Positions 57,436 to 64,000 of a stretch of 64,000 nucleotides of DNA are shown piece after piece. The notes under the pieces are model-generated. The model did no database searches and was not told the origin of the DNA. It was given only the letters and a program-made list of their open reading frames with translations. A program made the translations under genes and the position numbers. Source of the DNA: Cyanobacteria bacterium P01_D01_bin.156 (GTDB lineage Bacteria > Cyanobacteriota > Cyanobacteriia > Phormidesmidales > Phormidesmidaceae); NCBI GenBank assembly GCA_039024555.1, contig JBCCQQ010000001.1, positions 32,001-96,000 on the forward strand, written 5' to 3'. The number at the start of each line of letters is the position of its first letter. Positions within the stretch are counted from its first letter, which is position 1.

Positions 57436-59145
57436 TTAAAATAAAAAGTAGCGCTGAGCCATGGGTAGCTCATCTGCCGGTTCACAGGTGAGCAACTGCC
57501 CATCTGCACGCACTTCATAGGTTTCTGGATCGACTTCCATATTGGGCTGATAGTCGTTGAGCTTCATGTCAGCCTTACTGAGATTACGGCAGCCGCTGAC
57601 AGCCACGGTGGTTGTTTGAAGCCCAATCTGGCTAGCAATATCTGCCTCAGCCGCCGCTTTCGAGATAAAGGTGAGCGACGTACTGCCAATAGCGCCACCA
57701 TAGCTGCCGAACATGGGGCGCATGTGAATGGGCTGCGGTGTAGGAATACTAGCATTGGGGTCGCCCATTTGCGCCCAGGCAATGGTGCCCCCCTTAATGA
57801 CAATCTCGGGCTTTACGCCAAAGAAAGCAGGCTTCCATAGACAAATATCGGCAAGCTTTCCTTCCTCTAAAGAACCCACCTCATGGGCAATACCGTGGGT
57901 AATAGCTGGGTTGATAGTGTACTTAGCCACGTAGCGTTTAGCCCGATGGTTGTCGTTGCGCTCAGAATCTTCTGTTAAAGCCCCACGCTGTACTTTCATT
58001 TTGTGGGCCGTTTGCCAGGTACGGATAACAACTTCCCCCACTCGCCCCATGGCCTGGGAGTCGGAGGCAATCATACTAAAGGCTCCAAGATCGTGAAGAA
58101 TATCTTCAGCCGCAATGGTTTCACGACGAATGCGAGACTCGGCAAAGGCAACATCTTCAGGAATACTAGGGCTGAGGTGGTGACACACCATCAGCATGTC
58201 TAAATGCTCATCCAGGGTATTGCGCGTGTAGGGTCGGGTGGGGTTTGTGGAGGATGGCAGCACATTCGCTTCACCACACACTTTGATAATGTCTGGGGCA
58301 TGGCCACCGCCTGCCCCTTCGGTGTGATAGGTGTGAATTACCCGGTTTTTGAAAGCCGCAATTGTGTTTTCCACAAACCCGGCCTCGTTCAAGGTATCGG
58401 TATGAATAGCAACCTGGACATCAAACTCATCGGCCACCCCTAGACAGGTATCGATGGAGCCCGGTGTGGTGCCCCAGTCCTCGTGGAGCTTTAGGCCCAT
58501 GGCTCCAGCCTGAACTTGCTCCACAAGTCCCAGGGGCTGGGCGCTATTGCCTTTGCCCATGAATCCTAAATTCATCGGGAAGGCATCGGCGGCTTGCAGC
58601 ATCCGGTAGATGTTCCACGCCCCTGGAGTACAGGTGGTTGCATTGGTGCCTGTAGCCGGGCCAGTACCACCGCCAATCATGGTGGTTACACCGCTCGCGA
58701 TCGCAGTTTCAATCTGCTGTGGACAGATAAAGTGAATGTGGGAATCAATACCCCCAGCGGTGACAATCATCCCCTCGCCCGCAACCGCCTCGGTAGCAGG
58801 GCCAATAATAATGTCTACATTGTCTTGAATGTAAGGATTGCCCGCTTTACCAATTTTGGCAATCCGACCATCCTTGATGCCAATATCCGCTTTGACGATG
58901 CCCCACCAATCCAAAATAAGGGCATTGGTAATCACCATATCCACCGCACCATCGGCTCGCGATATGGGCGACTGCCCCATACCGTCACGGATTACTTTGC
59001 CGCCCCCAAACTTAACTTCATCTCCATAGGTCGTAAAGTCTCGTTCTACTTCGATAATCAAAGCAGTATCTGCCAAACGAACCCGGTCGCCCACAGTGGG
59101 GCCATAGGTTTCAGCATAGGCGCGGCGATCCATGCGGTAGCTCAT
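57436..59145 (-). CDS. ureC: Urease subunit alpha
   Basis: [45 protein letters not shown]. Confidence 0.99.
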   Translation of the reverse strand: MSYRMDRRAYAETYGPTVGDRVRLADTALIIEVERDFTTYGDEVKFGGGKVIRDGMGQSPISRADGAVDMVITNALILDWWGIVKADIGIKDGRIAKIGKAGNPYIQDNVDIIIGPATEAVAGEGMIVTAGGIDSHIHFICPQQIETAIASGVTTMIGGGTGPATGTNATTCTPGAWNIYRMLQAADAFPMNLGFMGKGNSAQPLGLVEQVQAGAMGLKLHEDWGTTPGSIDTCLGVADEFDVQVAIHTDTLNEAGFVENTIAAFKNRVIHTYHTEGAGGGHAPDIIKVCGEANVLPSSTNPTRPYTRNTLDEHLDMLMVCHHLSPSIPEDVAFAESRIRRETIAAEDILHDLGAFSMIASDSQAMGRVGEVVIRTWQTAHKMKVQRGALTEDSERNDNHRAKRYVAKYTINPAITHGIAHEVGSLEEGKLADICLWKPAFFGVKPEIVIKGGTIAWAQMGDPNASIPTPQPIHMRPMFGSYGGAIGSTSLTFISKAAAEADIASQIGLQTTTVAVSGCRNLSKADMKLNDYQPNMEVDPETYEVRADGQLLTCEPADELPMAQRYFLF

Positions 59146-59265
59146 TTGGAGTCTCCTAGGCGAACGGGAAAATGCAAAGCCACTGGATAGCTTACGCTAC
59201 CTCCGCTGAGCCAACGAGTCTATGACAAACATTTTAAAGAATTGGAGAGGGTAGCTTATGGGTAG

Positions 59266-60048
59266 CTAGCCAGCACAGTCCTCTCGACTGGGCAACATCA
59301 GCACATCACCCGCCAAGTTTTTCCACTGGAGCCAGCCTTCTTCTTCACGGGCGCCGGTTAGGGGTTGGCAACCATTCACCGGCCGGGTAACTCGAACCCG
59401 GACCCAATTATCCTGTATTTCCAAGGGTTCGATCAGGCTGTTGGTACTCACTAAGCTCAGAACATTTCGCCCCCGCGCAGGCTGCGATCGCAAAACCTGG
59501 GCATTGCTGCCATCCCGCAAAGATAGGCTGTCGGCATCTTCTAGCCCCTCTTCCCAAGAATAAAAGGCCAACTCCAGACCGCGATCATCAAACTGAGCGC
59601 GATGGACCCAAGCACTACCGCCATCGGTATATTGCATTTGCATCCAGCCATCTTCACGGGCTTGCAATATGGGGAATGCCAGTTTGAGGGGTTCCACACT
59701 AACCATGGTGAAGCTAGCATCACGACCAATGGCAAATGCCTGCTGCCCATTGGGTATCAACCACCCTTGCCAGATCCACCCCCAATGTTCACCACCGGGT
59801 TGACTATAGAGAGGAAGTTCCACCTCTGACAGCCAGTTCGCCTGAATTCCTGATGAACGTTTGGGAGCTAAGTAACCAACACCCAACGGCATATCAGTCT
59901 CTGCTAAATCCACAATCCCCTCTAGGGCAGGGTTAATAGCTTCTGGCAGAGCATCTGCGCCAGTGGTTTGTCCCCATGCTGGCGCATTACCCAACAGTAG
60001 TCCGCACTGTAGGCAAGCGATGGCAGCAAATTGGTGTATTCGTAGCAT
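59266..60048 (-). CDS. Secreted hypothetical protein (SH3-like C-terminal region)
   Basis: Signal peptide (PAWG-Q); LRSQP...WVRVRV...GWLQW pattern. Confidence 0.7.
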   Translation of the reverse strand: MLRIHQFAAIACLQCGLLLGNAPAWGQTTGADALPEAINPALEGIVDLAETDMPLGVGYLAPKRSSGIQANWLSEVELPLYSQPGGEHWGWIWQGWLIPNGQQAFAIGRDASFTMVSVEPLKLAFPILQAREDGWMQMQYTDGGSAWVHRAQFDDRGLELAFYSWEEGLEDADSLSLRDGSNAQVLRSQPARGRNVLSLVSTNSLIEPLEIQDNWVRVRVTRPVNGCQPLTGAREEEGWLQWKNLAGDVLMLPSREDCAG

Positions 60049-60305
60049 GTTGAATGTCAGTAAATCTCTAAAAAGTGTGTGTAATTAGGTGCTGAACTTA
60101 AATCAGGCCAACGGCCTCTAAAAACAGCATACAATTACATTTCAGCTCTGCACATTGAACAGGTAGCATTTCCTATTTCAAGCAGTTAGCAGCTTTATCA
60201 GACATACTCAATTTTTTGTAGCAACGTCACTTGAGTAGGTACTGATTTTCTAAGTGATTTACAGCAAATTCCTAAATTTATTGAGTTTTTGCACCGATTT
60301 AGGCT

Positions 60306-60623
60306 TTATACAGCCCCTTCAACCCGTTGGTTAAACCCATAAACGCGGCGCTCTCCCGCCAACGCAACTAAGGTAACAGAGCGTTCATCGCCCGGCTCAA
60401 ATCTCACTGCTGTCCCCGCTGGGATATCCAAACGCATGCCCTTCGACTGATCACGATCAAACTGTAGCGCGTCGTTCACTTCATAAAAGTGGAAATGAGA
60501 CCCCACCTGGATAGGACGATCGCCGCTATTGGCAACCGTTAAGGTGACAGTATCACGACCCACATTGAGTTCAATATCGCCTTCAGCAGGCAGTAGTTCT
60601 CCTGGAATTGAGCTACGGACCAT
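60306..60623 (-). CDS. ureB: Urease subunit beta
   Basis: [34 protein letters not shown]. Confidence 0.98.
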   Translation of the reverse strand: MVRSSIPGELLPAEGDIELNVGRDTVTLTVANSGDRPIQVGSHFHFYEVNDALQFDRDQSKGMRLDIPAGTAVRFEPGDERSVTLVALAGERRVYGFNQRVEGAV

Positions 60624-61687
60624 TATCGTAATCCTCCAAGCTGACTAATTAAATCTTGCTGCATTTGATCCAGCTGTTTTTTGACCGTTTCCAGGGCGGC
60701 ATCCAGTTCCTGGCTTGGGTGCTGCGATCGCTTTCTAAAATCAGTTAGCCCCATGTAGTGGGCTGTTTTCAAGGCCAGCTCCTCCGGCACCTTAAAGTCT
60801 GGTAAGACACCACTGCTCTCCCAGTTTTCTCCAGTCACAGAACTGAGCACCTGCCCTGTGGGCAAAAACATCCAGAAATGATCGTGCAACCGCTGCCCAG
60901 CACCTGGGTTTGCCTTACCAGCCGTGGTTTCGCCAATGAGTGTGGCTCGCTTCAGTTGCTTTAGGGTGTAAGCAAATTCCTCTGCCGCTGTTGCTGTTTC
61001 CGGCCCGATCAACAGATAAATTGGTCGGCCCAAATAGCGAGGTCCGGCCACATGGGGCACCGTCCAACTCTGCTCCACACGTTGCTCCACAGGCCAGCAC
61101 ACATCACTGATGTGCACCGCTGGATAGGCTGGCAGCAAATAACTACATAACAAGGCCACCATCGCTGGGGACCCACCTCGGTTGTACCGGAGATCAATGA
61201 TCAGCCCATCGGTATAGGCAATACAGGTCATCGCAGCCGCTAGGGTTTCCCCAGCAAACTCAGGGGGTTCAAAGCCATAGAGCTGTAAAAAACCAATATT
61301 GCCAGCCAAACGCTCAACTCGATTAATGTCAAAGTTACGGCGCTGGCTTTGCTGATGTTGATAATCGAGTTCTTCTGCCGTAGGTGCGGTGTCTGCACTC
61401 AGGTTAGGCAGCGGTGTAGCACTGCAGTAAACCTTGACGCTGCGATCGCTAGTCAAGGTCTGGAGCTGTGTGGTCAGGGTTTCAGCAAACTGGTGACCGC
61501 TCACAATATCACCGTATCCCCCCTGATCTAACCGTTGGCGAATATCGGTTTGGGCCTTATTTGCAGCTTCTGGAAAAGCATAGCGGTCCAATACTTCAAC
61601 AATGGCCTCTAGAACCTCAGTGCGGCTCGTTTGATCCAGGTCAATGTCTTGTAAATAACCACCATCAGTACTGCCCGACTCCATCAT
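60623..61687 (-). CDS. S41 family (IRBP-like) peptidase
   Basis: [42 protein letters not shown]. Confidence 0.88.
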   Translation of the reverse strand: MMESGSTDGGYLQDIDLDQTSRTEVLEAIVEVLDRYAFPEAANKAQTDIRQRLDQGGYGDIVSGHQFAETLTTQLQTLTSDRSVKVYCSATPLPNLSADTAPTAEELDYQHQQSQRRNFDINRVERLAGNIGFLQLYGFEPPEFAGETLAAAMTCIAYTDGLIIDLRYNRGGSPAMVALLCSYLLPAYPAVHISDVCWPVEQRVEQSWTVPHVAGPRYLGRPIYLLIGPETATAAEEFAYTLKQLKRATLIGETTAGKANPGAGQRLHDHFWMFLPTGQVLSSVTGENWESSGVLPDFKVPEELALKTAHYMGLTDFRKRSQHPSQELDAALETVKKQLDQMQQDLISQLGGLR

Positions 61688-61727
61688 AAGAAACCTACTC
61701 GCAACTCACTCGTGCAACCCACTCGCC

Positions 61728-62030
61728 TTACTGAATTGGATTATGTACGGTTACCAGCTTAGTACCATCTGGGAAAGTCGCTTCCACCTGTACTTCATGG
61801 ATCATCTCGGCAATACCGTCCATGACGTCATCCCGCTTGAGTAACGTTGTACCGTAGGTCATGAGTTCGGCAACGGTCCGTCCATCCCGTGCACCTTCTA
61901 AAATCGCTGCAGAAATATAGGCGACCGACTCTGGATGGTTGAGCTTCAGGCCACGCTCTTTACGGCGTTCAGCCACCAGAGCAGCGGTAAAAATCAGCAG
62001 CTTGTCTTTTTCCTGGGGAGTAAGTTGCAT
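61728..62030 (-). CDS. ureA: Urease subunit gamma
   Basis: [36 protein letters not shown]. Confidence 0.98.
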   Translation of the reverse strand: MQLTPQEKDKLLIFTAALVAERRKERGLKLNHPESVAYISAAILEGARDGRTVAELMTYGTTLLKRDDVMDGIAEMIHEVQVEATFPDGTKLVTVHNPIQ

Positions 62031-62186
62031 AGGTGCGGACTGACCACGACGGGTAACTTCTATGTCAAGGCAATATTAAACCAGGATATTGACAGGTCAA
62101 GGGTGGGTTAAACCTTATCTAAATAAAAGGTTATTGTGTCTGCCATTCACGACTTTTGTAATTGTGCGGCAGTCGGCTGCCCGCAA

Positions 62187-63053
62187 CTACACTCCCCACA
62201 CTCTGGGCACATACGTGGCTTGTTCCAAAACATTATTACGAAGCCATTGCCAAAGCTGAATAAAGTATTGACGGGCCATTTGGCTAGATGGACCACGATA
62301 GCGGGCAACTAAACCATGCTCTAGCTGAGTGATACCCATATCCCCAGAATGCATGGACGGGCACAGGGTCCTCAGAGCAGTGATGTGTTCAGGTGTAATC
62401 TCACACCCCAATAGTAAAAACGTCCCTACAACGGGATGCCCCGCTAACCCGTTCTGACTGGTGAGTACCTCAGAACCTCCCGTCAGCTGCTGACGGTCAA
62501 TCCACAGTGGACGTCCCTGCTGCCAAACCTCCGTAGCAGAACACCACTGCCCTGCCTGCAGAGTTTCTCCCCGAGCGCTACGGCCAAAGCGAGTTATGTC
62601 CCACCCCAGCCACACGCCGTCAGTCGCCAGCTCTACCCGCAGAGATTGCTTAAACCGCCCCCCGTTAAACAAAATCAGCTCCTGAGGGAACCACTCCACA
62701 TAGGCACCTTCTTTCACCGTCAGCTGAATCGTTTGTTGTGCCCAGTCTCCAGCACTGCGATACACCTTGTGGGCAGCAGCAGTAGTGACCAACGCTTGAG
62801 TATGGGGCTCTGCAGTAATGGCCATGTCCAGCCGATCGCCAGCCACCATCCCCCCTGCCGTATGGACAATCACACTCTGACAGTTGTCCGGTGCTGCCGC
62901 TGGATAAAACGGTCGCTGAATCCGGAGGGGAGATGTCGTATAGCTTTTGGTAGGAAATGTGGTGTCACCTACTTTTGTAAAGCAGAGATCCAAGGTGCCG
63001 TGCCAGCTGCGGTCTGGAAAGGGCTTAGCGGGAAGAGTCTTCGTCGTTTCCAT
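62187..63053 (-). CDS. ureD: Urease accessory protein UreD
   Basis: PLRIQRPFYP, HTAGGMVAGD, TTAAAHKVYRS, EWFPQE, GRSARGE; ATG at 63053 preferred over the track start. Confidence 0.95.
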   Translation of the reverse strand: METTKTLPAKPFPDRSWHGTLDLCFTKVGDTTFPTKSYTTSPLRIQRPFYPAAAPDNCQSVIVHTAGGMVAGDRLDMAITAEPHTQALVTTAAAHKVYRSAGDWAQQTIQLTVKEGAYVEWFPQELILFNGGRFKQSLRVELATDGVWLGWDITRFGRSARGETLQAGQWCSATEVWQQGRPLWIDRQQLTGGSEVLTSQNGLAGHPVVGTFLLLGCEITPEHITALRTLCPSMHSGDMGITQLEHGLVARYRGPSSQMARQYFIQLWQWLRNNVLEQATYVPRVWGV

Positions 63054-64000
63054 TGGCACAGAATTTTTCAACACAGCGTACAAAAATCTCCACCCCTGTA
63101 CTCAAAACCGTCTCATCAAAGTCAAATCGAGGATGGTGGTGAGGGAAAGCAAGATTCAAATCTGGATTCGCCGAACCCAAAAAGAAATAACAGCCTGGTT
63201 TCTCTTGCAAGAAGAACGACATGTCTTCTCCCCCCATGGTTTGGCACTCAGGCACCACACCAGCTGGAGTCTCAATAACCTTACTAGCCACAGAACGGAC
63301 CAAATCGGTGATGGTCGGATCGTTGACCACAGGTGGATACAACCGAGTGTAGTCAAACTGATAGCGAGCACCATGGGCCTGACAAATACCAGCAATAATT
63401 GCCTCAATCCGATCCGGCAACAGATCGTGGTATTCAGACTTGAAATACCGCACAGTACCACTCAAGCGAGCACTGTCGGCCACTACATTGACAGCCGTAC
63501 CCGAGTGGAATTCTCCAATGGTGACCACGGCGGATTCTAGAGGGCTAACATTACGAGACACAACTGTTTGGAGTGCATTGACCACCTGGGCACCTACCAC
63601 AATCGAATCCACCGTTTGGTGGGGCAGGGCGCCGTGGCCACCACGACCTTGAATGGTGCAGTGAAAAAATTCAGTAGCGGCCATCAGCGGGCCATTGCGA
63701 ACACCTACGGTTCCCAGCGGCATATTGTTCCAGATATGCAAACCGATAATGGCATCGACTTCAGGCTGACTGAGTACCCCCGCGTCAATCATGGGTTTGG
63801 CACCACCCGGCCCTTCTTCCGCAGGCTGAAAAATGATTTTGACCGTACCGGCAAAGGTGTCACGATGCTGGGACAAATAGTAAGCGGTTCCCAAGGCAAT
63901 GGTGACGTGGCCATCATGACCACAGGCGTGCATTTTGCCATCGTGGAGTGACCGATAAGGCACCTTATTTAACTCTTGGATAGGAAGTGCATCCATATCC
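63025..64000 (-). CDS. M20 family amidohydrolase (N-acyl-L-amino acid amidohydrolase type), 5' end outside window
   Basis: DMDALP, MHACGHDGH, FQPAEEG, GGEDMS, PHHHPRFDFDE. Confidence 0.93.
   Translation of the reverse strand, partial: DMDALPIQELNKVPYRSLHDGKMHACGHDGHVTIALGTAYYLSQHRDTFAGTVKIIFQPAEEGPGGAKPMIDAGVLSQPEVDAIIGLHIWNNMPLGTVGVRNGPLMAATEFFHCTIQGRGGHGALPHQTVDSIVVGAQVVNALQTVVSRNVSPLESAVVTIGEFHSGTAVNVVADSARLSGTVRYFKSEYHDLLPDRIEAIIAGICQAHGARYQFDYTRLYPPVVNDPTITDLVRSVASKVIETPAGVVPECQTMGGEDMSFFLQEKPGCYFFLGSANPDLNLAFPHHHPRFDFDETVLSTGVEIFVRCVEKFCANGNDEDSSR

Noticed and set aside
60050..62180. NtcA boxes in urease intergenic regions
   Set aside because: No convincing GTA-N8-TAC with a properly spaced -10 was found by eye.
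57564..63951. Plus-strand and alternative-frame ORFs across the urease/M20 region
   Set aside because: They overlap well-conserved genes; shadow ORFs.
1..64000. CRISPR array or cas genes
   Set aside because: No regularly spaced 25-40 bp direct repeats with unique spacers and no cas motifs were seen by eye.

Overview
Chromosomal window of a filamentous cyanobacterium (HIP1 GCGATCGC sites, hetZ-patU, cyanobacterial-type IS elements). Bases 1 to about 47,045 are the right part of a large genomic island/ICE abutting the 3' end of tRNA-Gln(TTG) at 47046-47117 (-). The island carries a cyanobacterial-type conjugation (T4SS) cluster with a split VirB4 and a VirD4 coupling protein, followed by cargo genes, two of which share a ~90-aa C-terminal domain. 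It also holds ssb, two adenine-methyltransferase-like genes, a Schlafen/AlbA_2 protein, two NACHT proteins, a 3520-aa RHS protein with a probable immunity gene, an S8 peptidase, YhcG, and nested, degraded IS1/ISKra4/IS630/IS4 elements. No integrase, relaxase or second att copy was seen, so these presumably lie left of the window. From about 47,300 the sequence is core genome: YheT-like hydrolase, recF, argD, a TgpA-like gene, patU, hetZ, and a urease cluster (ureD-ureA-S41 peptidase-ureB-hyp-ureC) preceded by an M20 amidohydrolase. The most notable observations are the shared C-terminal domain in T4CP-adjacent cargo (candidate translocation signal), an Frpo-like ssDNA-promoter hairpin at the island end, and a RHIM/amyloid-like VQIG motif on a NACHT protein with a decayed partner gene just upstream. 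All family assignments come from motif recognition by eye; no database searches were run.
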